From assembly GCA_002633005.1 (NCBI GenBank), contig NMRA01000365.1, positions 330,708-394,707 on the forward strand: a stretch of DNA of 64,000 nucleotides, read 5' to 3'. The stretch is from Phoronis australis. Lineage: Eukaryota; Animalia; Phoronida. The translations under genes and the position numbers were made by a program. This document shows positions 1-11,995 of the stretch, piece by piece (the stretch's first letter is position 1; every line of letters starts with the position of its first letter). The notes beneath the pieces are model-generated. The model was not told the DNA's origin and did not search any database. It saw only the letters and a program-made list of their open reading frames with translations.

Positions 1-933
1 CTGCTAATTTCCCTGGTGCAAGTCTTCGACAGGTGGCCACAAATTCCCAAAAGACCTAAGGTTACTATATTCGTGGACAATTGCGGTCAACAGGGTCAAC
101 TAACTGACCAAAAGTGTGTGGATGCTGAAGCCCTTTGAGTGCTCTATGACTATGCAGTTCCATTCGGAGACATTACTTGGTAAGTTTTTAGCTATCAGTT
201 TCTATCAACATCGTTCGGTGATGTTATCCCCACCAGTTACCCCACTGAATAACAGTTTTATTGAGTGGAACTAAGTGTTTCTTTTTGGAAACTCACCCGA
301 TGCCGGGTAGGCTAGCAGCACATATTCATATTGTCCTGGGTGGGAGTGCTCCCAAAATAAGAGGTGTATGGTACGTGATGCACAGAAGTCAAGAGTGACT
401 TTTTCACAGCAGTTTCTCTTCAAAACTATGCTGTTTCCAATAAAATTCTCTAGATGAGTGAGTTTCCTTATTTTATCGTGGACCCCACCCCCAGGACCAC
501 CAGCTCAGTTATCGAATTAACATGAATAAGCCTTAATTCAGTAAATGTCGTAACATTGCATTGGAAAAAAATTGACACCTAGAATGAATTTTACTTGTTG
601 AGATCAGAAGCACATTTTAAGTGTCATGAAAAATACACATTGTTAAATCACTTTTAGCCTGTTTCACATATTTTAATTCAGATATTAAATAAGACTTGGG
701 TACAAAGGTTATTAGTTTCTACACATAAACATGAAGATGAAATGTCAAGTATGTTCTGCCTTACAAAAGTAGTTTTGTCTTGTCTTTTCTTTTACAATTT
801 GCTAATATTTCTATTCTGTTACAGGCAAGAAAAAACAACTGAAACCAACCGCCTGACCATCTATTTCACCGTTGGACAAAGTGAAAAGCAATCCTTCAGC
901 AATAACCTGAGAGAATTGAATGTAATTCAGTAA
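1..933 (+). other. Putative spliced two-exon reading frame (1-179 and 825-933) with an in-frame TGA at 136-138; unknown protein or pseudogene
   Basis: Frame 1 open from base 1 apart from TGA 136-138; donor TG|gtaagt at 180 and acceptor ttacag|G at 825 join in phase to give ...DAEAL*VLYDYAVPFGDITWQEKTTETNRLTIYFTVGQ...IQ*. No homology recognised. Confidence 0.35.
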
Positions 934-3900
934 TTCAGCACCTGATATGCCTGATTATGGACTCCCTCGTGATGTTTCTTTCTGTGCTTTTTCAGTTTGC
1001 CATTTGTTTTTAAATACACTGATAATTGTTTATTCTCGAATCTTGTGCATAGCAGCTAGCTACAATTGAAAACATACAATAAGACAATCGATGCAGTCAC
1101 TGAATGTCATTTCCCCATAATCTGTACCAAATTGAAAAGTTTTTACCAATAGTATAAAGCCTTTCTTCTGAAAGGAAAATTTAATGTCACTCAGCTTTTG
1201 GCTTTCATTTCACTGGGTTCTAGTTTCAATGGCCTATAAAAGCGCTTGTAAAAAAGGTCCAGTTTCAACACGTGGCTTTCTTTCATGTAACCTCATTCAG
1301 CCTCAATAACATCCACAATTAGACCCTTGAAGGTAAACACAGCAGCATATCACTTGAATCGTTTTGAGCCCAAAATCAGACTCTGAACTAGACCAGAGTG
1401 TGACTAGGTCTTCTTTAGCTTCAGTCCCTCATGTTTCTTCCAGGAAAGGAAATAAACTATTGTCCACACATGACTCATTGCCTATGAAAGGGCATCCTCG
1501 CCAACAAGGCTTATTTGTGTAGCAGTCAGATATAGTTCATCTGGATACACAGACACTCCACTGGCACATTGTCTTATGGTAACTTAGTACTGCGATTCAC
1601 ATTTCTCCAGGGCCACTGACTTGCACATTGTGCCAAGCAGCACTGCTGGTGTGTGGAAGTGCTGTGGGAAGAGAACGGAGTAACAAAGCTTGTCTATGAT
1701 ACTGCTTGAAGTGGTCTTAAAATGTCACTGCACCTGGAACAAATATTGAAATATGAATAATTAAGTACTCCAGATTGGATCAAAAATGTTATCCCTGTTT
1801 TTCAAAAATATATGGTGATTGGTCTACAGTTTCACATAAAAGTAAATATTTACTATTTTCAGAAACCAAGGGTGTATATAATGAGTATTGCATAAAACTG
1901 TGTCTTTATTTTTTATCCCTAGCCATAACAATTCTTTAAACGCATCACTTGTCTGTAAAATATACAAGTTTTTTGAGACAACTTCAAACCTTTGTTACCC
2001 ATTTTCAAGCCTTTTTAATTTTGATACTTTCAGCAATTTTAAACTCAGATTACAGGTTCATGGGTCTGTCAAGCATACTTCTAGCCTAAGGTTGAGGGAA
2101 CCGTTTTTCTTCTAATAGAAGATATGAAGACTTGGGTCATTTAAAAATGATGGATAATCTTTCTGTTGTTTAAGAGTAATTACAAATCGTAAGGCACCAT
2201 CAAAAATGCAATTTTCACAAAAATGGCAGTCATTTGAATTTATAACGACTTGCAACAATTCAAGGCATGAGTTAAGACTATTCAGTCACTGTGAATTCGG
2301 AAAATGTAATATATTTTCGTGGTTTTACAATTGATACAAGTAGCAAAACAGCATATCTCCTCTGCACGGTACAAGCCTTCAAACCTAAAAACCAAAGGTT
2401 ACGTGAAAACTGACGTGATAGATTTCCATTTCAACGTGTAACAGATTGCCAGAAGACATATGATAGGGAGTAAACAAATAGTCTAATGCAATGGATATTT
2501 ATCACTCACGTACCCTTTACCATTGGGATTGGATTGTAATCTTAACTCATTAACCTGTATCGAGTTGACAGCATAAACATTCAGCATTGATTGATGTAAC
2601 TATCACTGATAAACTTTTAGAAATCATTCCAAACAATAATAATGCTTTGATGTACGAAAGATCCCGATTGCTACGTCAAGTATCGTATCACATATCACAA
2701 CATATAAAGATTAACCAGACTCTGGCTGGCGACTGACTGCCGCGAAGTCGACATCGGCGAGTGCCTCAGTTAACAGGCATCGGTAGAATAATCATGGAAT
2801 AATCGTAAAAATAATCACAAACCTTACCTTTGTATGAGGTTGTGCTTACGTCCTCTCATAGAAGCACCCTTTTTACGCAATCTCAGATTCAGTTGGCACG
2901 GCTGCAAGCCATTTCACCATGTATTTAAAGGGCTCGCAAAATCGAGGCTGTTAATCTATCACCACTAGTACACGCACGCCCTCTAGTTATTGTAGATTTT
3001 CCGAATAGCCCCATTATGCCTCTCACCGATCAGTCATGTTGCTACAAGTATTTTTTGCTCATAAAGGGTTACGTTAGGAGGGGTTATGGTTATTATTATT
3101 GTTGTTGGAACTGGCCAGTGCTGCAGTGTAGTGAAATCTAAATGTGTCTTATCTTACATTCTGGTAATATGTGGTCCGAGCTGCATACATCTGGTTGGTG
3201 TGCGGTCTGGTTATCGAATCCCACTCCACACCTCAGCACATGTATCAGCTGCAGAAGGGCCGCTGAATATTCATGTTGTGCCCTTACTGGCCAGCACCAG
3301 CATATGGGCCGGGACAGCCATCGTCAGCAGTCTCCAAGACGAATTACAGTCGTCCTTTGATGCCAACAGAGGGCGCGCATGGCAGAAGGCCAGCGCAACA
3401 GTGAAACAGGTCAAAGAACGTCTCACTACATTGCACTAGCCATTGGACTCAGTCCATCAATCAAAAGTATCGAAATATATTAAGACCATGGGTAATAGTC
3501 TGATACAATAGGTAGGTCCCTGATCAAAAATTGATTTTGAGAACCAGTCACTATCACTGATTAAGAAACATTATTCAGTGGGAGTAACTGGTTCTCAAAT
3601 CATTGAAGTAATGAATGGAGTAGTCTGTTCACCTTCCATAAAAATAACTTTTTAGTTTAGGACTCTTACTCATCTTAACTTTCATAAACTGCGGAGGATT
3701 ACAGGGGTTTGGAAGAATTGACAGTTGGTTATTGCTTGAGACCATGCTCGATGAATTTGTCATGGCATTTCATTGTAACCGTCATGGTGTTAAGCACTAC
3801 TGAACAGTTACTTCGTCATAGCATAGCTCAGCAGATGTAGCATTCCTTATTTGAGTTTTAGGTACAAGTCGAGACCAGTTTTATAGCAGAAAGTGATCTA

Positions 3901-5536
3901 CCGTAAGTCAAAAGTTCGTTTTTGACATCAAAATGAAGGTTTAAGCCACTTGAAGTGTGGATATGATATAAACTTGATATACAGTCCATGTATTGCCAAG
4001 TTCCAGTTTCAAACTGAATTGGTCCAAAAAAAATGCATCGATGGGGAAGCATACCTGCAATCACCTTAGATGCGAGCGAGCTCAAGACCTTAAATAAAGT
4101 TGACCTAGGACTTGAACTGAGGTTGAAAGCATGAGCCAAATTGAGTTTCAGTGTGCACGGGTTGTCCTGGTTCAGAGTATGGACATAGGTCTTTTGATGG
4201 CATCTCAAGACAAGTGCTTGATTTGTATATCACATTTCTTGAATTCAGATCACCCTTTATTCATTGCTTCTAGTATGTAAAGATGGTGGATTTCCTATTT
4301 TGTTGGGTGATGAACGATTTTGAAGGAATTATGAAGTTGACTCATCTATAAAAGTCGTGTCACTTTAAACTGCAGGGGCCTGGTTTATCAAAGACCATGT
4401 ATCCACTCTAAGCTTGGATTGCCATAACTTATTACTTGAACAAAGTTAATATACATGGTTTATGAAGGCAAATATGAATAATGCTCAAATTCACTTTATT
4501 AGCAATGCAGCGTTGTATTCACAATAATGTGTCTACATCTCAGCAGCAACTTGATGTACGATCTTTGATAATTGTTTTCATTGCCATTTTATTTTGTCAA
4601 ATTCACAATGATCTATGGAAGGTTGTCAGAACTCGACTTTGGGTTTACTTTAAAAGGTACCTGTGCCTTGTGACTGTGCGTGGATGGAGAGAGAAGGACT
4701 AAATCCTGTAATTAACATAAATAATAACCACTAACTAATACAAGTGAAACCTGTTGTTAATTAAGTACACTAACGATGAAGAAGAGTAACTACACTAGCG
4801 CCCTCTGTAAGGATAACTTCAATCAATTAACCATGAACGACCAAACATCTTATCTGCTATCCAATCTTTAGGACTCAACACTCATTGGATGACAGTCCTG
4901 TTGGTTGATCCTCATAGTCACACGGACTGTGACAATGTACTTGCTGGTCACAGTCCTTCATGATACAATGACATGCGTAGGCAGTATCTGGCAACCCACA
5001 ATTCCTCTTGCTGGTCACAGTCTCTGGTGACGCAACACGTAATGGGAGTATCTTACTACCCACAATGCAAGTGGCAAGTTTTTAGTAAACTTCCTGTTCA
5101 TTAACCTTTGCCCTTGCCAAGATCCTTTTAAGAATCTTCCACGGGATGGCTCTGTGGTATTATTTCTTCAGTACACTGAAGCAAGTCCTACAGCTTCAAC
5201 TACTAAACACCATCTGACTATCTCCCAGTCTTCTGCCCAAATTAGAATTATGAATTTACTTAACGATTGGCTAACAAAAACCACATGATCTTATCATATT
5301 ATTGGCTGTTACAATCTGATCTCAGAAATTTCCAGAATTTTACAGTACATTGACCCCAGAACAAAAGAGGTAAATATCATCTAAAAGTACATGTAAACAA
5401 GTTTGACCCTATGTGCACAAATTTTGGGCAACTTCAATGGAACTACTAGGTAACTATTCATTACATAATCAATATTTATTCTGACAAGGTATTCGATTGA
5501 AAATACTTTAAAGTGCTTGTGTACATATTTTTGCAG

Positions 5537-5598
5537 GATGATTGCATTTCTAAACTGGAAGCCATGGGGTTCAGAGTGGGTCAGAGTCTAGTGGAAAG
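5537..5598 (+). CDS. TRAPPC6B: TRAPP complex subunit 6, first recognised coding exon (DDCISKLEAMGFRVGQSLVER)
   Basis: ttgcag|...|gt boundaries; matches the TRAPPC6B motif CITKLENMGFRVGQGLIER. Confidence 0.95.
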
Positions 5599-6203
5599 GT
5601 AGTTTCAAAATGAATACACTTTCATGTACACATGCTAATGCACTTAAGTTTCAATTGTCAACTACATCTGATTTCCCTGACTGTGTCATAATCAATGTGT
5701 ATATTCTGCATGCAATACAAATACAGATTTGCTATACATCTTTGTAATGCTTCTGCTTGAATATAAGTGCATCCGTTACAATGATCTAGTACTTAATGTA
5801 TGTTGAAAATTTCCCACAATGCCTTAGTTGATGTTTGGAAGATTTTTGATTGATTTTTGTGTCCTTTTTCAGTGACTTTGTGATTATGCAAGTGTGAAAA
5901 AAATATGTTCCTGCTGTGACCTTCCCGCTCTTCATAAAGCTTCTACTACTGACATTTATTAAAACTGAATATTAAATCAAACTTATGAGGCATCTTGCTG
6001 GAATTTTTCATTTTGACTTTGTTTATGTGTAATCATAGACAGATTAGAATAGTAGATTTTACTGAATGGATATTTTTTAGAATTTTTGTTATTTGTGCAG
6101 GAGCTATATTTAAACATTCTAGCAGACATTTTTAATGAGCTATGTGTACGAGCACCATAGAATGATAAGATTCCAACATTAAGGTATGTTATTTTATATT
6201 CAG

Positions 6204-6321
6204 ATTCACAAAAGACATACCACGTTTCAAGGATGAGCTGGACACAATGAAGTTTATTTGCAAAGATTTCTGGACGTCAGTGTACAAGAAACAAGTGGAC
6301 AATTTGCGAACAAATCATCAG
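6204..6321 (+). CDS. TRAPPC6B: TRAPPC6 exon (FTKDIPRFKDELDTMKFICKDFWTSVYKKQVDNLRTNHQ)
   Basis: Bet3-family signature KFICKDFW...KQxDNLRTNHQ; 118 nt; ends at non-canonical donor CAG|gcaagt. Confidence 0.97.
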
Positions 6322-7756
6322 GCAAGTATGCTTTTGTATGGCGTTCCATAGAGACCTTGATTTTCTGTGATAACGAAAAATTGACAAAATTCCCAAAATC
6401 CGACTTCTTTCAAGGAGTTAGTGACTGCAAACAGTATTTACACATTTCAGTAGTAGCTACCATAATGTGATGTTTTTGATTTTATTTTTATTACCAAAAA
6501 TTAAGAATATTCTCCATTATATTCCACTATGCTGGCCACAAAGTGATCAACAATCATTTTGCAGCAGACATCTCCAATTAGTTGTACATTCCTTGTAATA
6601 GTTGGGGTGTTCTTTTCCTGGTTTTTGGAGTTATAATAAACATGCCATGCAGCACGTTAGTAGTAAAACGGAGCTGCTTTTTAGTGCGCATTGAGTGGAA
6701 GAAGTATGGCAATTCCTGGATCAGTTTTTTCATATTTTACTTATTAAAATCACTTTGAAATGCATAATGAACAGACTAGTGTACAAACTTTATGCTTGCT
6801 GATATGCATTTGAAAATGGGAAATCAGGATTTCTAGTTCGGCACATCATGGAAAAAGCTGAATAGGAGTATTCTGTGAATTTTGGGTTCAAGTAACTTTT
6901 CGAATAACTAGTAAGACATATAAAATATAAGTACATTGTTTTGAGAGTCTTCAAGTAGTATTGAGCTGACAGCATTCAAACAAATTTCAGATACCTCGCC
7001 AATGTCTACCGACAACTGGTAAGGCCCACATTCTACACGTAATTATGACTGTGGTCCTGTCAATCAACGGTAGACAAGAAGGACTAAAACCCAACTCGAA
7101 ACTTCTCTAAGACATTAAAAACACTTAAAGTTTTCAGTTAAAATTACAATTACTCATGCTCTAGAGTTAAAAACAAATTTCTTCGCAGGCATACTTGCTC
7201 TTATTTTAATGGACTTTTTCAAACTCGTATATTTGTCTATCTTCCCAAGAGCAATAATACAATATAATAGATGATCAGGAGACAGAAGAAGTTAGATATA
7301 TACCTTCTCATACTGAATGACAGCATTATTGACTTCTCTAGTAGTTTGGAGGCCACATCGCTGCAGAAGTGATCTTATATAGATATGCCAATGCATTTGC
7401 GGGTGGCTTCATACAAGTTCACAGTTAGCAAATACTAAAACGTACTATATTAATTCGTTACTTGGAGCGTGACAGGTGTTGGAGTCTGATAATTACTCAA
7501 TGTGAAAAACCAGTGCTTAATGAGCAACTCAGCATTGTCTTGCACCTTTTCATGACCTGTTAGCCTTCTTTCATTATTTCTGCCTGCAGATAAGACATGA
7601 CCTGTGTTGAAATGCAGATGTTATTTTTTTTACCTGTTTTGTTTTTAACTTGGTATATTTGTACTGACTGCTTGTTGGTGTATTCTCATGTGTTCTTAGA
7701 AGAAGGAGCACTGATATGTAGTAAACTCATCATGGTGTAATTTTTGATTATATATT

Positions 7757-7838
7757 ATCCGAGGAAGGATTTGAACCCACGACTTCTGAAACTACAGATA
7801 TTTTAAGTCTAACACCTTAACCACTACACCACGGAGTC
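7757..7838 (-). pseudogene. tRNA-derived sequence (tRNA-Leu-like pseudogene or SINE head)
   Basis: Minus strand gactccgTGGTGTAGTGGttaagg...gacTTAAAat...GGTTCAAATCCttcctcgga: Pol III A and B boxes, long variable region, imperfect acceptor and T stems. Confidence 0.65.
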
Positions 7839-8695
7839 ATCCTTTTACTTAGAGGGAATTTAACTAGACTTAAACCTTCCCAAGTAGACTGAGCCAGGTT
7901 TTACTTGGCTGTACTTTCATGTACATGGCTTCCATGATCTTTCTCTTGATCCAACCTGTTTCACTGTCTAGTATTCAGTTGTTATTCCGTTGGATATTGT
8001 GTTGTTTTGTCCACATGTGTTCTACTACTCCACATGTGGACAAAACATATTCATGCTTATTCTTCTAAGAACACAGGACCACCTGACAATAGCCGGAGAA
8101 TAGACCAACCGATACGTCATGACAATGTTAATAGACAAGAGGTCGGTATAAATAGTCCATGAGATTTTAATAATAGTTGAAACACGCCACCACCTCAGAG
8201 TGGTTTTTAGAAAATCTTATTTGTTTGGTTCCTTGATGATCTGCTCTGTTGTTGTTATTTGGAAGGTTAACAAATATATGGTGAGTTAGAGAGAGTGTCC
8301 ATTTGTAAACAATTTGTTACAATTCTCATGATGACCATACTGCTTGGGCTACTGAACCTTTCCTGAAGCGGCAAGCAGTCAAACTGAGCCTTCTTCTCAA
8401 GCTTAGAAATCATTTTCAATGGGAGTAATGAGAGGCTTAATTAAAAGTAATATTGTTTTTGACAGTAATGGTCAGATATAATGTGTCCACATTTTGAGAA
8501 CCAGTTTTCTACATTCAATAACAGGTATCAAAATGGTTCTCAAAATATGGGCATGTTATACCCAACTATTGCCATTTTTGACAGAGTTTGCGGGTTTATT
8601 ACTGTACCATCTTAAATAATTTCTTGCATAGCCACAGGTAACTGGTGTACAGCAACTGAATTGTTTATTCAAGTTTAGTTCTTGTTTACTTTCAG

Positions 8696-8779
8696 GGTGT
8701 GTATGTCCTCCTCGACAACAGGTTTAGATTGTTAACACAGATTTCTAATAGTGCCCAGTACTTAGAAGACGCACCAAAA
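8696..8779 (+). CDS. TRAPPC6B: TRAPPC6 exon (GVYVLLDNRFRLLTQISNSAQYLEDAPK)
   Basis: tttcag|GGT...AAA|gtatgg, 84 nt, phase 0/0; matches GIYVLQDNKFRLLTQ. Confidence 0.97.
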
Positions 8780-9559
8780 GTATGGAGGCTTCATGTCATC
8801 TTTTAATGCAGTACTGTAAAATCACACCAATTTGAGACAAAGATAATTGCCAAAATTACACTTTAATTGTTTTCAAGGTCTTTTTTCTTTGTTGTTAGTG
8901 CCCAGTTTTTAAAATTTTGTGTGTTAGTAGATATCAGAAAAAATTTTAACATGATGGTAAAGCATTATGTTTGTGCTATAATATGTCCTGTATGAACAAG
9001 TGAGAAAATTAAACTTGAGCTGTCGGCCATATTGTGTCTTAAATTGGTGACATTTTACAGTACTCATTTCAGTCCATATTTGTTCAAATAAATCCTCAGT
9101 TGAGTGCTTTTATGAGAATGTAACATGAGTTGCTTGGATATAAACATTGCTGTTAGCACTAGCTGGAGTCAAAGCCACTTATAACCTAATAAGTTACGTA
9201 TTAAAAGCATTTGTCTTTGATTTGTGTATGGATTGCGAGGTACATCATGTTTAGAAATGATTGTAGGAAAGCAGTAATCCCAAGCAATGCCACCACCTTC
9301 ATTTTAGTAGCATTTCAGGCAGTAGCCTGTTGTTCAGTGTATCATAAGTACAAGTAAACATGTAACTCCTGTCCAGTATCAAGTGTCAGCTTACTGACCA
9401 GAAGGTCACCTGTTGGACACTTTCTGTACAAGAAGGACTTGTGTCCCACAAGTGTTTGCTTTAGGATGCACATCCATTGATTTTCCCCATCCGTAAAAAG
9501 GCCTCAATAGTAATTAGGCCTACTAATACTATGAAACGGCAATACAATGAACCTCCATG

Positions 9560-10140
9560 ACTTCATTTGTACCAAACTTTGTTGTACCAAAGCAACATGT
9601 TTGCAGTATAACGTGGTATTTGTCGAATGGAAATTTGGTTTCCTGTCTATTGAAGGCTCAGAAGCAGGCAGCCAGACTTATTTTTGGTGTGCCTTTTGAC
9701 ACTCCATCAATTCATATCTTTAACAGACTGGGATGACTGCCTGTTCACAAATATTTTGTATACGTTTTTGTATTGAGCATAAATGTTTTCACAATAGTGT
9801 ACCAGCTTATGTATCTTGTAACTTGTTACTCGTTGGAAACAACCACCAAATCAGGATCAGATTCTCTTCCTCAAACAATTTTGTTGTCCAAAGACACAAA
9901 ACTTCGTTATACTCCGAGTCCTTTTTTATTCAAGTCATTCGACAATGTTACGATTTACCAAACAGCCTTAAGGAGGCTGATGGTTAGGATGACTTCAGAC
10001 ACAAACTAGTCACTCACTTACTTGTGCATGTTGTCATCATAACTGTCCCTCCCTTCGTTTCAGTCATTTGTTTTCTCTAAATAATTTGTAAATTTCATTT
10101 GTAAATATTCATTTATATAATATTTCATTTAATTTAATCT
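9560..10140 (+). mobile_element. Degraded 3' fragment of a CR1/L2-type non-LTR retrotransposon
   Basis: Relic translation LLKAQKQAARLIFGVPFDTPSIHIFNRLG*LPVH and downstream HNSVPAYV...SFF, typical of the region after the RT core; stops and frameshifts. Confidence 0.65.
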
Positions 10141-10651
10141 GACTTATTGTATTTAATTTAATTTTTTATTACAATTATTATTATTATAAATGTAAAATGC
10201 AATGGAACATTATACACCAGGCATGTTGTATAGAATTAATTGCTGAACCATGTGTACCTCTAACCTTGTGTTAGCACGGTCATCGCTTTTGTCAGTCGTT
10301 TCACTCAAGGCAGTGTCTTTTAAATTTACATTCATTGTGTCTTCTATCTTCACTACTTTTGTCACCATTTGTTAATTCTGTTGTTTTCTTCCAAACTTCT
10401 AACTTTCCGAACATAAAGTCAAGAAATATGCTAATGAAACTTGTCAAAGTGGAAGCATTTCCTTGCTGTGACAGCATGATTTTATCATACAGTTGGAATT
10501 GAGATTACCTACAGTTGCATTAATTAAAGTGGCTAAATTGAAGAAGGGCTGATTAACCTTTCAATTCTCTGAAATGTTTTTCGTGTGAATGCTTCCACTG
10601 GATTTCCTTTGTAGAAAAGATTATTTGAGTATCGCCTCATTTTCATTCCAG

Positions 10652-10745
10652 TATTTGGCTTATCCATGTGGATTAATTAGAGGTGCTCTCTACAACTTGG
10701 GGATAACAAGTATAGTTACTGCAGATGTAGCCTGTCTACCAACAT
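10652..10745 (+). CDS. TRAPPC6B: TRAPPC6 exon (YLAYPCGLIRGALYNLGITSIVTADVACLPT)
   Basis: ttccag|TAT...T|gtaag; signature CGLIRGxLxNLG. Confidence 0.97.
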
Positions 10746-10929
10746 GTAAGCATGTCACATGAATAGTCTTTACTTGCATTTCATGTTTAGTCCCATTAGT
10801 AAACTACTTTGTTAAATGATGACATAGCCTATCAAGCTATAAATGTCACATGGATAGTATAAACTTGATCACATTTGATTTAGCCCAGAACAGAAGCACC
10901 ATCTTTAAAATAAGCGTGTAAGTAAATAA

Positions 10930-11600
10930 CGACATATCTATCCAACGTTTCGGTTTATTACTCTAAACCATTGTCAACGAAACAGTTCACAGACTCAAAA
11001 CAGGCGACACAGGTAGAGCAGAGACTGTACAGGTACACATCAAAATGCATTGTGAGGGGGAGAGACCAGAAATCAAAACAGTTGGAGCTCAAATGAACCA
11101 ATGTTTCTATTGAAGTAACGCTCAGCATGGTTTAACCATATATGCATAGCCTCCTTTATGAGGAGCCTGAGGGTGGCATTATCCTTGTCTAGGATCTGAA
11201 CACCAGAGCAATCTATAGTGTGACCAGTTGTCAAAGAATGATTGAGAACAGCACTGTGTGTGTCTTTACAGTGTACTTTGACTCTGATGCTAAGAATCCT
11301 GTTCCGCCATTCCAATGTAAAACTGTTCAGTCACTACAGTTGAGTTGGTAAACATGACTTCTTTGAGAATTACTCAACGGTGTTTTCAGTCTCGACAATG
11401 ACACAAGTCTGTTTACAGGTTTGAAGAAAGATTGTTACGAGTTGCAAACATGGAGCAATAACTCCAAGCATTCTCTTAACCTGCCTCTCGACTACACAAC
11501 TACCGTTACCTAAATAGGGGAGATTGAGAAATCCTTTCTTCAATTCAGGCCCATGACAAACATCTGTGAACTGTTTCCTTGACAGTGGTTGGAAGTAATA
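10930..11600 (-). mobile_element. Penelope-like element 3' relic (GIY-YIG endonuclease C-terminus plus 3' region)
   Basis: LNLPYLG...; HSAVLNHSLTTGHTID...QILDKD...RLLIKEAMHI...FNRNIG is the typical PLE GIY-YIG tail; degenerate hammerhead-like motif at 10943-10977. Confidence 0.85.
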
Positions 11601-11995
11601 AACCAAAACATTGCATAAATATGTCGTTATTTACTTACACGCTAATTTTAAAGTTAGTATATAAACTTACATTTCCTATTCAAGTTCCATTTGTACAAGA
11701 CCATATAAGGAATTGTGGCCAAGTAGTAGTACATTCAGTTTTTCATTCAAAAGATCATGAGCTAAAATCCACACAACACTGCTCACCTCAAGCAAGGTGA
11801 GTAGCTCCGTAGTTCACCTGCAGTGGATAATTTAGCGTGTTGTAAAAGATGATGAAATTAATGGCTAGATAGTATTGGGGGTTATGCAGTGATGTAGAAG
11901 GGGTCAGGAAGTAAAAAAGTGCCAAATTTGGTGATGTGAATGTTCCCAAGTGGTAACTATATTTTTGTTATTTACCCTACCTGTCTGAATAAGAC

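Noticed and set aside
114-129. VCGC-TGA in frame 3 resembling a selenoprotein motif
   Set aside because: That frame has several other stops nearby.
3086-3439. 117-aa ORF with somewhat coding-like composition
   Set aside because: No recognisable domain or convincing splice context; cannot be supported without a search.
6100-6183. Apparent extra TRAPPC6 exon (tgcag|...AAG|gtatgt)
   Set aside because: The following intron would be only 20 nt and the segment interrupts a conserved ER|FTKD junction.
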